Source of the DNA: Octopus vulgaris | Taxonomy: Eukaryota | DNA: 64,000 bases | NCBI GenBank assembly: GCA_951406725.2 | Contig: OX597838.1 | Span: 19,034,001-19,098,000 of the forward strand | Direction of reading: 5' to 3' | Shown: positions 25,101 through 39,301 of the stretch, piece after piece | How positions within the stretch are numbered: position 1 is the first letter of the stretch | Layout of the letters: every line of letters starts with the position of its first letter | The notes under the pieces: model-generated | The model's database searches: none | Told to the model about the DNA's origin: nothing | Seen by the model: the letters and a program-made list of their open reading frames with translations, nothing else | Position numbers and translations under genes: made by a program

Positions 25101-28100
25101 TGCGTGTCCTTCTCACCACCGTCTAACAGTGAATAGATGTGTCTTAGATACGTATATGTACATATAACCTTACTTATACATATATACAAGTACACACACT
25201 CACAAATATATGTATAATCTTAAAGTATACACACATATATACTTACCTATCTATCTATATATATATATATATATATATATGGCACAATTTTCAAGGCTAA
25301 CGGTTAAAATTCAAATTTGCTTTATTTTTATTATTTTTTAATCTTTTTTTTTACACACATACATATGCAATACATACATATATCTACACACATACTCATA
25401 CGTGCATACTCATACACTAACATACTCACACAACACATACACACACACACATCTACACATACATATGTGTCAAACTATGTACGCTCATACGGTTATATAT
25501 AACTACATATATGAATTTCAGAATCATGCATCTCAACATGTATGGATTTCCACATGTAAATGAGAGAAAGGGGTGGCTATAGAGGGGTACTCCCAAGTGG
25601 AATCTGGGTGTTACCCCATTCGGATTTTCGGTTGAGAGTGGTTTATATTCTTGTATACAGACAGCTTCAGTGACCTGTCTCAGCATTGCATCAGTGGGAT
25701 GTGTGGATAAGATGCTTAACTCAAGTCTCCCTAAGGAGCCCTTGTAGCAGTCTAAAGCATGCTGATAGAAGATGGAGTTTGGCTTCTTTTCTATGTAGTT
25801 GTCCAGGTGTTCTTTGAACCTATCATTGATGCTCCTAGAAGCCTCACCAATATATGACTGGTATAATCGCACAAGCTCTTTCTTGGCACTCAATCTGGTA
25901 TAGTGCTCTTCGTTTGGCAGTTCACATGTGGGTTTGTAGATAATACTACACAATTATTTGGACACGTGATTCTATCAAATGATTATGATGTACATAATAC
26001 AGATTTGATAGTCCTACCTGTCTTTTCTACAACTCTGATCTTAAGGCCAGTTGTACGCAGGACTTTCTTGAATGCCTTACTTAATTCGTTCTTAGGTGTA
26101 GCATCAACAAACACTACACTGTGAAACTTCTTGTTATCATACCGAGTATTGTTTTTTATTTCTTTTGTTGGTTTCCCTCTCAAACCTATTCCAGAACTTC
26201 CTGCGGTATAGGAGGCGTATATACCGTTTTTGTCATTTCTTAGAATACGTTCAAATCTTGTTTTTGCTCCTATGTACACTCTGATTCTATTGTGCTGTGT
26301 GTATCCGGAACATTGCATTCGGAATATGTAGTGCTGGATGTGTTGTCGTTCTTGTGGTTGGCATAGTGGGAATACATACCTCATTACACTAAGTCTGCCA
26401 TGAGGATGTTGATCTTGGTAGTACACGACATTGCTGAGTCACTTTGGATTACCAGTGGATTAGCCATAGGTTTACAATAGTGTGAGTGGAGTAAACAGGG
26501 TTTAACAGTTCCGTTAACCCTTTAGCATTTAAACCGGCCATATCCGGCCCAAAGTATTCTGCCTGTTTTATGGTCAGACTGGCCAGATCTGGTCTCTCAC
26601 ACTAACCCTACAATATCGTTTTAAAAATTACAGGTACCTCATCAAAATCTCATAGATTCAAGATAATGCATGATTAGTTCAAAACAATTTAGATAAAAAA
26701 GGATTAATTTTGGCAGAATAATGCGAACACTAAAGGGTTAATCATAGTATTTTCTATCCACAGCTCAGTGTCTAGGACAGGTAATCTATTACTAGGGTAT
26801 TTAGAGGGGTAGTCTATGGCAACCTTTAAACTGCTATGGATAGAGTCAGCTATGTGTCGTATAGCTGTCATCACCTGTTCTTCATTTAGTAGAGTGTCCA
26901 TATGTGTATTACTATTGCATTTCACGACAAGGTTAATGTCGTCAATGTATCGAGAGTACATAGCTAAGTGTATGTTACGGGTCACTAGGCACTGTTTAAA
27001 ATGTCTGTCCCACCATACCATGATGAGGTTAGCAACATCACCGGCAATCCCTACTCCAATAGCACCACCTTTCATCTGTTTATACAGTTTATTGTTAAAC
27101 TTTAAAATATGGTTTTTAAAAGTAGTTCTAGAGCTGACACTGATAGCATGTGCAACAGTAGTTCTGATGGTGTGTACATCTGAAGGTTGGTGGTGTTGTT
27201 TCGTCCAGCCATGCCAGCATTCATTGTGGGTCTTTTTGTATGATGAGGTAATGGTTGGTGGTATACCTCTTTTTTTATAGGTGAGACAAGTATATACAAG
27301 ATTATTGCGTGACAGATATTCATCGGTACAAGTATATTTATATAGATGTATGTATGTATGTATGTATGTATGTATATATTTTATTTTTCATTTCAGCTCA
27401 AAGCTGTGGCCATGCTGGGACACCGCCATTAAATATATATATCGAAATCAATCAACATCAATGGAAATCGTACCTGCGATACCGTAAGAGTACCATCCGA
27501 ATGTGGCCGTTGCCAGCGCTGCCCCAACTGGTCTCCGTGCCAGTGGCACATAAAAAGCACCATCCGATCGTGGCCGTTTGCTAGCATTGTCTGGCACCTG
27601 TGCAGGTGGCACGTAAAAAGCACCCACTACACTCTCGGAGTGGTTGGTGTTAGGAAGGGCATCCAGCTGTAGAAACACTGCCAGATCAGACTGGGCCTGG
27701 CGCAGCCTTCTGGCTTCCCAGACCCCAGTTGAACCGTCCAACCCATGCTAGCATGGAAAACGGACGTTAAACGATGATGATGATGATGTGTGTGTGTGTG
27801 TATGTATGTATATATATATACATATATATACATATATATATATACATATATATACATATATATATATACATATATATACATATATATATACATATATATA
27901 CATATATATATATACATATATATACATATATATATATACATATATATACATATATATACATACATATATATACATATATATACATACATATATATACATA
28001 TATATACATATATATACATACATATATATACATATATATATATACATACATATATATACATATATATACATACATATATATACATATATATACATACATA

Positions 28101-28189
28101 TATATACATATATATACATATATATACATACATATATATACATATATATACATACATATACATACATATATATACATACATATACATAC

Positions 28190-28235
<46 letters not shown>

Positions 28236-31200
28236 CAAAAGTAGAGAAAACACAAAGATGAGGTGGAAGAACAAAATACTGGGTGTATTAAATTGATGCC
28301 CAGGAAAAACGAAAGAAATCTTTAACGTTTCAAGCCTACATGCTCCTACAGAAAGGAGAGACAAGAAGGAAAAAGAAAAGATGGATAGAAAAAAAAAAAA
28401 AATCAAGTCTGAATTAAACAATCAAGGCATGTACAGCTGAATGCATAAATATATATCGTAGATACAGATGGAAAAAAAAAGGTACTCAGGAAATGTAATT
28501 AGCATTTATGCTTTTATATAACATACACACGTTTCAGAGGAGGCGCAATGGCCCAGTGGTTAGGGCAGCTGACTCGCGGTTTCGATTCCCAGACCGGGCT
28601 TTTGTGAGTGTTTATTGAGCGAAAACACCTAAAAAAAGCTCCACGAGGCTCCGGCAGGGGATGGTGGCGATCCCTGCTGTACTCTTTCACCACAACTTTC
28701 TCTCACTCTTACTTCCTGTTTCTGTTGTACCTGTATTTCAAAGGGACCAGCCTTGTCACTCTCTTGTGTCACGCTGAATATCCCCGAGAACTACGTTAAG
28801 GGTACACGTGTCTGTGGAGTGCTCAGCCACTTGCACGTTAATTTCACGAGCAGGCTGTTCCGTTGATCGGATCAACCAGAACCCTCGTCGTCGTAACCGA
28901 CGGAGTGCTTCCATACATGTTTCAGAAGACTGGCAAAGCATGTGACAGTTGCTTGCTTTTTTTATTTTCTAATTGAATTTATGTAGACTTTCCCGCCAAA
29001 GGTTTACTGACCGTCAGCATTATGCCTCAGCAGTCAGAATGTTGACGTGTTTGACAGTCAAGTTTTGATCATTAGGTTTTTATATTTCTTTATGCCAATA
29101 GCAATATGCTAATTTTTTTAATGTGTGTGTTTATGCATTCATTTCGACACTGTACTGTGATATGAGAGATGTTTCCATAATTAGTCTTCTATTTTTGTGT
29201 GGAATTTTATAAAGTACATAAGTATTTTCCTCTAGAATTTTCCTATCTACTGTATTTTAACCTGTATAACGAACCCCCTAATTTTGGGCGTGTAAAATTT
29301 GGGAAAAAAGGTTTTGTATGGGATTATAATATGATCTATGTATGAAAAAACTCCCATATATTTTTAACTTAATTTTTGACAAAAATGTGTTCCTTATGCA
29401 CATTTAACCCTTTCGTTACTAACCCGGCTGAAACCGGCCCTAGCTCTGTAGTACAAATGTCTTGTTTTCATAAGTTTTGAATTAAAATATTCCAAGCCTT
29501 AGTCACAATTAATGTTCCTAACACTAACTTAATGATAACTTTGTTATATTTAAAATAATTGAGAGAAAAACAGAGAATCTCAAAATAAATACTGTAATGA
29601 AAGGGTTAAATACAGTAATTCTGTTTTGTGATGTGTAGTATAAAGTACAATAGCTCCATGTTGCAAATGCATAGTGAGTCTATGTGAGATTGTTGTACAG
29701 GTCTGTCCAGTATCATCTGTATCTATGCTTTATATAATGTACATGTGTTTCAGAAGACTTGCAAAACAATGATAACATGCACTTAAATGCCCAATTACAC
29801 AACAAATGCAGCTAGTTGACCATATCAGCATTATTAGTAAAAAATAGAACGAGAGATGTTGGCCCTTATATACACCAATATGCAAATAAGAAGAGCTAAG
29901 TTATTATAGGAGGAAAGAAAGGAAATGAGAAGGTAAGGAGGACTGTGATGGGGTAAAGAAAGGAAAGCTCTTCAATCACTGCCAACTGCCACAAGAACAA
30001 AGGAAGGGTCCACAGGAAATGGTGGTGCAGGCAAAGAAGGAAGATCAGAGAAATAATGGTAATTACAGGTATCTCACACTGAAGGACTATGTCTTACGAA
30101 TGGTTTCAGAGATTCCGAGTAAAATTAGTTGAGGACAAATGTAACTTTGATAAGATGTAGTTAGAGTTTTGTATGAGGACACGGAAGCAGAGGTGATATA
30201 AGCTAGTAAAGGGGAGCTTCTGCACAATTGCTTGACCTACTTAGAAATAGCAGTCAAATTTCCCTCTAATGACACTTCATTCTCCTTAAAGAAAAAAGAA
30301 CATTCATGTTAATTGTCTTAATAAAAGATCATGATCTTCGACTATACTTTGGCTGGACAAGAGTTGACTTGGGGGCCAAGCAAAAAAAAAAAAAAAAAAA
30401 AAAAAACAGGTGGTTGTTTGTGTAACCCCAGGTCAGCTTTGATTGAGAAGGCTTATGATTAAAGACATTCCAGTTAATGACCATCCTGTCTTTTCCTAAG
30501 TGCATATCACATTATCCAACATTATATTTTTAAAACGGTAGAAACAGGCATGTCTGTGATTGAGAAGTTAAGTTAATCACGTGGTTACAGGTTCAATCCT
30601 AACCACCGCATGACACCTTGAAGGGGTATTTTTAATGCAGCCCATTGTGTGTGTGTCTGAATGTTTACATTCTATGCTTGCATGTAAATAGTCATGAACT
30701 TTGTTGACCATGCTCTGACAACAAATTATCACTAGTTCTGTACTTTGGAAGACATGCAAGATAAAAAAAAAAAAAACGAATACTACCTTACTTGATAAAA
30801 ATACCTCAATAATATGTACTCATCAAACCCATGCCGGCATGGAAAAACAAATGTAAAATGAACAATCGAAGTGTTTGATTTGATGGGATTTGACTGTTAT
30901 TTCTAGCAGGTTGAGTGGCTTTGTAGAGACTCCCTTACTGGCTTGAACGAACCAGGTGAACATCAACTGTGATACTCACGTTTTTCTTTTTGAAGGCCTA
31001 CATTTGATCTGACATAAGACACTCAGGTATTTATTTACCTAAATAAAAGATGAAGAAAAATATTAAAATGTAAGTAAATGTCCACACACACACACACACA
31101 CAAACATGTCTATTCTATTACCATGCTCATTTCAGTCACTGGAATGTGGCTATGTTGGGACACCACATATAAGGGTTTTAGTCATGCGATGACCCCAGTA

Positions 31201-32133
31201 ATTATACCTTGGACTTTGGAAGGAAAAAAGACAATGCAGACTACATCAACATCATTTATGGAATTATTTACATTATTTACATTCGACGGATATTTGTCCT
31301 CATCTTGTTTTGTTGTTAACACAGTGTTTCAGCTGATATACCCTCCGGCCTTCTTCAGGTGTCTTGGGGAAATTTCGAATTCCGTCAAGATTGCCTTTCA
31401 TCCTTTCGGGGTCGATAAATTAAGGACCAGCTACGCACTGGGGTCAATATAATCGACTTAATCCGTTTGTCTGTCCTTCTTTGTCCTCTCTGTGTTTAGC
31501 CCCTTGTGGGTAGTAAAGAAATAGTTATTATTATTATTATTATTGTTGTTAGTATTCAGGTCACTGCTTGGAATCGAACTCGGAATCTTGGGGTTAGTAG
31601 CCCACGCCCTTAACCACTACGCCATATGCCTGTGGGCAATTATGGAGTTCTGAATATAGAACTGTATCATTTATGCAAGTTTAAAGGTGGTGTGCTGGCA
31701 GAGTCTTTAGCACACCGGGCAAAATGCTTAGCCGTGTTTTGTCTGTCTGTATGTTCCGAGATCAAATTCTAGCAAGGTTGACTTTGTTTTTCATCCTTAA
31801 AGGGTTGACAAAATAAGTACTAGTTGAACACTGGTCCCTTGAAATTGGTGCCTTTATGCCAAAATTTGAAATTAATATTAGGAGGGTGCAGGAGTGGCTG
31901 TGTGGTAAGTAGCTTGCTTACCAACCACATGGTTACGGGTTCACTCCCACTGCGTGACACCTTGGGCAAGTGTCTTCTACTATACCCTCGGGCCGACCAA
32001 AACCTTGTGAGTGGATTTGGTAGACTGAGAAGTCCGTGTATAGCCTCGCCTAGCCTCGGACATAAAAGCACCATTTCGGTAGACGGAAACTGAAAAGGGC
32101 AAGCCGTAGAAACACTGCCAGATTTGACCGTCC

Positions 32134-32196
<63 letters not shown>

Positions 32197-35100
32197 CGTG
32201 TGTATGTTTGTGTTTGTCCCCCCGCCCCAACATCGCTTGACAACCAATGCTGGTGTGTTTACGTCCCCGTAACTTAGCGGTTCGGCAAAAGAGACCGATC
32301 GAATAAGTACTAGGCTTACAAAGAACAAGTCCTGGGGTCGATTTGCTCGACTAAAGACGGTGCTCCGGCATGGCCACAGTCAAATGACTGAAACAAGTAA
32401 AAAGAATAAAAGAATATTCATACATTGTTACGAAAATTTAACCTTTTAAGGCTACTTTCAAGCCTTCGCCATAACTTGATTTATCTTTCTATCTCTCTCT
32501 CTACAAAATTTAACCTTAGGCTAGGCTACCTCAAGCCGTAATCCCATCTCTTCCCATCTCTTTCCATCTTTCAGCCATTTGGCGGTCTTTTTTCCTCCTC
32601 TTACCATTACGATTCTACAATTTAAATTCCCAATTCAACTAACTTACTTCTTCAATTTCAACTCCCGACCGATGTCCGCAGCAAGTTCTTTAAAAATTTA
32701 TCTTAATATTTCTATTCGTTGTTACTACGTTTATTCATACATTGTTACGAAAATTTAACCTTTTAAGGCTACTTTCAAGCCTTCGCCATAACTTGATTTA
32801 TCTTTCTATCTCTCTCTCTACAAAATTTAACCTTAGGCTAGGCTACCTCAAGCCGTAATCCCATCTCTTTCCTTCTCTTTCCATCTTTCAGCCATTTGGC
32901 GGTCTTTTTTCCTCCTCTTACCATTACGATTCTACAATTTAAATTCCCAATTCAACTAACTTACTTCTTCAATTTCAACTCCCGACCGATGTCCGCAGCA
33001 AGTTCTTTAAAAATTTATCTTAATATTTCTATTCGTTGTTACTACGTTTATTCATACATTGTTACGAAAATTTAACCTTTTAAGGCTACTTTCAAGCCTT
33101 CGCCATAACTTGATTTATCTTTCTATCTCTCTCTCTACAAAATTTAACCTTAGGCTAGGCTACCTCAAGCCGTAATCCCATCTCTTTCCTTCTCTTTCCA
33201 TCTTTCAGCCATTTGGCGGTCTTTTTTCCTCCTCTTACCATTACGATTCTACAATTTAAATTCCCAATTCAACTAACTTACTTCTTCAATTTCAACTCCC
33301 GACCGATGTCCGCAGCAAGTTCTTTAAAAATTTATCTTAATATTTCTATTCGTTGTTACTACGTTTATTCATACATTGTTACGAAAATTTAACCTTTTAA
33401 GGCTACTTTCAAGCCTTCGCCATAACTTGATTTATCTTTCTATCTCTCTCTCTACAAAATTTAACCTTAGGCTAGGCTACCTCAAGCCGTAATCCCATCT
33501 CTTCCCATCTCTTTCCATCTTTCAGCCATTTGGCGGTCTTTTTTCCTCCTCTTACCATTACGATTCTACAATTTAAATTCCCAATTCAACTAACTTACTT
33601 CTTCAATTTCAACTCCCGACCGATGTCCGCAGCAAGTTCTTTAAAAATTTATCTTAATATTTCTATTCGTTGTTACTACGTTTATTCATACATTGTTACG
33701 AAAATTTAACCTTTTAAGGCTACTTTCAAGCCTTCGCCATAACTTGATTTATCTTTCTATCTCTCTCTCTACAAAATTTAACCTTAGGCTAGGCTACCTC
33801 AAGCCGTAATCCCATCTCTTTCCTTCTCTTTCCATCTTTCAGCCATTTGGCGGTCTTTTTTCCTCCTCTTACCATTACGATTCTACAATTTAAATTCCCA
33901 ATTCAACTAACTTACTTCTTCAATTTCAACTCCCGACCGATGTCCGCAGCAAGTTCTTTAAAAATTTATCTTAATATTTCTATTCGTTGTTACTACGTTT
34001 ATTCATACATTGTTACGAAAATTTAACCTTTTAAGGCTACTTTCAAGCCTTCGCCATAACTTGATTTATCTTTCTATCTCTCTCTCTACAAAATTTAACC
34101 TTAGGCTAGGCTACCTCAAGCCGTAATCCCATCTCTTCCCATCTCTTTCCATCTTTCAGCCATTTGGCGGTCTTTTTTCCTCCTCTTACCATTACGATTC
34201 TACAATTTAAATTCCCAATTCAACTAACTTACTTCTTCAATTTCAACTCCCGACCGATGTCCGCAGCAAGTTCTTTAAAAATTTATCTTAATATTTCTAT
34301 TCGTTGTTACTACGTTTATTCATACATTGTTACGAAAATTTAACCTTTTAAGGCTACTTTCAAGCCTTCGCCATAACTTGATTTATCTTTCTATCTCTCT
34401 CTCTACAAAATTTAACCTTAGGCTAGGCTACCTCAAGCCGTAATCCCATCTCTTTCCTTCTCTTTCCATCTTTCAGCCATTTGGCGGTCTTTTTTCCTCC
34501 TCTTACCATTACGATTCTACAATTTAAATTCCCAATTCAACTAACTTACTTCTTCAATTTCAACTCCCGACCGATGTCCGCAGCAAGTTCTTTAAAAATT
34601 TATCTTAATATTTCTATTCGTTGTTACTACGTTTATTCATACATTGTTACGAAAATTTAACCTTTTAAGGCTACTTTCAAGCCTTCGCCATAACTTGATT
34701 TATCTTTCTATCTCTCTCTCTACAAAATTTAACCTTAGGCTAGGCTACCTCAAGCCGTAATCCCATCTCTTTCCTTCTCTTTCCATCTTTCAGCCATTTG
34801 GCGGTCTTTTTTCCTCCTCTTACCATTACGATTCTACAATTTAAATTCCCAATTCAACTAACTTACTTCTTCAATTTCAACTCCCGACCGATGTCCGCAG
34901 CAAGTTCTTTAAAAATTTATCTTAATATTTCTATTCGTTGTTACTACGTTTATTCATACATTGTTACGAAAATTTAACCTTTTAAGGCTACTTTCAAGCC
35001 TTCGCCATAACTTGATTTATCTTTCTATCTCTCTCTCTACAAAATTTAACCTTAGGCTAGGCTACCTCAAGCCGTAATCCCATCTCTTTCCTTCTCTTTC

Positions 35101-38100
35101 CATCTTTCAGCCATTTGGCGGTCTTTTTTCCTCCTCTTACCATTACGATTCTACAATTTAAATTCCCAATTCAACTAACTTACTTCTTCAATTTCAACTC
35201 CCGACCGATGTCCGCAGCAAGTTCTTTAAAAATTTATCTTAATATTTCTATTCGTTGTTACTACGTTTATTCATACATTGTTACGAAAATTTAACCTTTT
35301 AAGGCTACTTTCAAGCCTTCGCCATAACTTGATTTATCTTTCTATCTCTCTCTCTACAAAATTTAACCTTAGGCTAGGCTACCTCAAGCCGTAATCCCAT
35401 CTCTTCCCATCTCTTTCCATCTTTCAGCCATTTGGCGGTCTTTTTTCCTCCTCTTACCATTACGATTCTACAATTTAAATTCCCAATTCAACTAACTTAC
35501 TTCTTCAATTTCAACTCCCGACCGATGTCCGCAGCAAGTTCTTTAAAAATTTATCTTAATATTTCTATTCGTTGTTACTACGTTTATTCATACATTGTTA
35601 CGAAAATTTAACCTTTTAAGGCTACTTTCAAGCCTTCGCCATAACTTGATTTATCTTTCTATCTCTCTCTCTACAAAATTTAACCTTAGGCTAGGCTACC
35701 TCAAGCCGTAATCCCATCTCTTCCCATCTCTTTCCATCTTTCAGCCATTTGGCGGTCTTTTTCCTCCTCTTACCATTACGATTCTACAATTTAAATTCCC
35801 AATTCAACTAACTTACTTCTTCAATTTCAACTCCCGACCGATGTCCGCAGCAAGTTCTTTAAAAATTTATCTTAATATTTCTATTCGTTGTTACTACGTT
35901 TATTCATACATTGTTACGAAAATTTAACCTTTTAAGGCTACTTTCAAGCCTTCGCCATAACTTGATTTATCTTTCTATCTCTCTCTCTACAAAATTTAAC
36001 CTTAGGCTAGGCTACCTCAAGCCGTAATCCCATCTCTTCCCATCTCTTTCCATCTTTCAGCCATTTGGCGGTCTTTTTTCCTCCTCTTACCATTACGATT
36101 CTACAATTTAAATTCCCAATTCAACTAACTTACTTCTTCAATTTCAACTCCCGACCGATGTCCGCAGCAAGTTCTTTAAAAATTTATCTTAATATTTCTA
36201 TTCGTTGTTACTACGTTTATTCATACATTGTTACGAAAATTTAACCTTTTAAGGCTACTTTCAAGCCTTCGCCATAACTTGATTTATCTTTCTATCTCTC
36301 TCTACAAAATTTAACCTTAGGCTAGGCTACCTCAAGCCGTAATCCCATCTCTTTCCTTCTCTTTCCATCTTTCAGCCATTTGGCGGTCTTTTTTCCTCCT
36401 CTTACCATTACGATTCTACAATTTAAATTCCCAATTCAACTAACTTACTTCTTCAATTTCAACTCCCGACCGATGTCCGCAGCAAGTTCTTTAAAAATTT
36501 ATCTTAATATTTCTATTCGTTGTTACTACGTTTATTCATACATTGTTACGAAAATTTAACCTTTTAAGGCTACTTTCAAGCCTTCGCCATAACTTGATTT
36601 ATCTTTCTATCTCTCTCTCTACAAAATTTAACCTTAGGCTAGGCTACCTCAAGCCGTAATCCCATCTCTTTCCTTCTCTTTCCATCTTTCAGCCATTGGC
36701 GGTGCGCCCGCCCCCCCACCCTACAAAATTTAACCTTAGGCTAGGCTACCTCAAGCCGTAATCCCATCTCTTTCCTTCTCTTCCATCTTTCAGCCATTGG
36801 CGGTGCGCCCCGCCCCCCCACCCCCACCACCAATACCGATGAACACTGTTCTCACCCCCACCACCAATACCGGTGAACACTGTTCTCACCGCCAACACCA
36901 CCAATACTGGTGAACACTGTTCCTCACCCCCCACCACCAATACCAGTATACCCTGTCCTCACCATCTACACCGGATACGCCTTACTCATCTACACCGGGT
37001 ACGCCCTACTCCCTCCTCCTCCCCCCACTACCCCTTCTCCTCATATGCTTTCACTGTGAAAAGACAAGCTGCTAGCGCCATAGCTCATCAACTGCCCACC
37101 GATCTTACGCTTCCTCCTGACACTGCTTCATTCCGACTATCCCCCTTTAGCACCCTCCCGCCTCGTAATATCCTACGTTTTTATTTCTTAGGAACCTACA
37201 CCAACCCTTCCTGCCATCGTTCCTCCTTACCCCAACCTTCCCCACTGGTTGCTCCCCTATATTACCCACCTCAACTGGACCCCCTCTCCCCAACTCAACT
37301 CTAGAATATCTGTATTCTTTCCTCTACCTAATAACGTTACTCAGTGACGATAACGAATGTCTTTATTTCTTAGGAACCTACACCAACCCTTCCTTACTCA
37401 GTGACGATAAATGCTGTGACTACAAAGACCCGGGCTGCTTTCTGCAGCAATTCCACATACCCCCTACTCATTCTAAGTACCCCGGATCCCCAAAGTACCC
37501 TGGATCCCCAAAGTACCCCGGACCTCGTTGCCCCGTGCCGCTGACACGTTAAAATGCTCGAACCGATCGTGACGATGCCGGACCCTCCGGCCCCTGTGCA
37601 GGTGGCACGTAAAAAGCACCCAATCCACTCACGGAGTGGTTGGCGTTAGGAAGGGCATCCAGCCGTAGAAACTCTGCCAGATTCAGACTGGAGCCTGGTG
37701 CGGCCCCTGGCTTCCCAGACCCGGTCAAACCGTCCAACCCGTGCTAGCGCGGAAAGCGGACGTTAAACGATGATGATGATGATGATGAAGCAAATAAAGA
37801 TTATTTTTAGAATAAAACTTAACCAAAATCACACTACAATTTATAGTGACCCAACGACAACAAAATAAGAACAGGTGGTCGTTTGTCCTCTCTATGTTTA
37901 GCCCCATCCTGTGGGCAATGAGAAACATTAGCATGCCGAGCGGCATTTCGTCTGCCGTTACGTTCCGAGTTCAAATTACGCTGAGGTTGACTTGGCCTTT
38001 CAACCTTTCAGGGTCGATAAATTAACCCCTTACCCAACAATTATTTTGAAAATAAATGTATTTTTTCAGACATATTTTTTAATTGTTTTATTTTACATAT

Positions 38101-39261
38101 ACTCGTATATGTCAAAAAAGAGTTTATAATAGACGAAGGAGCTCGTTTGCTGTCGATTTTGGTGAGTCATAGACTTTTGACGAGTTAACTCGCCAGAGAT
38201 AGAAAAAAACGATTTCGGTCAAAACGTATATATTCGTTTCTTCCGAGTAAGGGGTTAAGTACCAGTTACAAACTGGGGTTGATGTAATCGACTTAATCCC
38301 TTTCTCTGTCCTTGCTTGTCCCCTCTATGTTTAGCCCCCCTGTGGGCAATAAAGAAATAAGAAACGTTAGCATGCCGGGCAAAATGCTTAGCGGTATTTC
38401 ATCTGCCGTTATATTCTGAGTTCAAATTCCGCTGAGGTCGACTTTGCCTTTCATCCTTTCGGGGTCGATAAATTAAGTACCAGTTACGCACTTGGGTCAA
38501 TGTAATCGACTTAATCCCTTTCTCTGTCCTTGTTTGTCCCCTCTATGGGCAATAAAGAAATAAAATACATTAGCACGCCGGGCAAAATGCTTAGCGGTAT
38601 TTCATCTGCCGTTATATTCTGAGTTCAAATTCCGCTGAGGTCGACTTTGCCTTTCATCCTTTCGGGGTCGATAAATTAAGTACCAGTTACGCACTGGGGT
38701 CAATGTAATCGACTTAATCCCTTTGTCTGTCCTTGTTTGTCCCCTCTATGTTTAGCCCCTGGTAAGCAATAAAGAAATAATTATCTATGACCAAACTTCA
38801 CTAAAAGTACAGTGAACGATCTGATGCTATGGCTCTATATTATTGGATTGGCATGAAAAATATTTGACTGTAAAGCAAACTTCTTCAACCACACAAGACA
38901 AACTTGCACCCATTAAGATGATTCCCTTCCCTTTTCTAACAGAATCAACACGAAAAATGTGTACTTACGAGGTTGGTGAGGTTTATGATATCACTGCTGT
39001 CTGTGTTTGGTATGTCGTTGATATCATGGAAGGATTTCGTGAGGATATAAGATATGGAGAGCGCTAGCCAAGGTAGTCTGATAGCATTTAATACCTGGTC
39101 AAACTTGCTGAGATCATCCTGACAACCATCTGCAAAAATAACAATTCACAAACTGAATTTCGATTGCATCATGGTAATTTTTGTTAACAAAACTGTCTGA
39201 CGAACAGGAACGTGAAACTGAGTAACAGCTTTTGTTATATTTCTACTGCTTTTAAATAAAG

Positions 39262-39301
<40 letters not shown>

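Noticed and set aside
27627-28421. Long ORFs rich in Y/I/H/T/C/V (also 5462-6046, 44226-45023, 20984-21624)
   Set aside because: Translations of microsatellites and minisatellites that lack stop codons.
32415-36805. CRISPR-like array
   Set aside because: Units are wholly repeated with no unique spacers, no cas genes are present and the context is a eukaryotic intron.
36873-37304. 143-aa proline-rich ORF after the array
   Set aside because: Explained by the C-rich composition; no recognisable domain, start context or splice signals.
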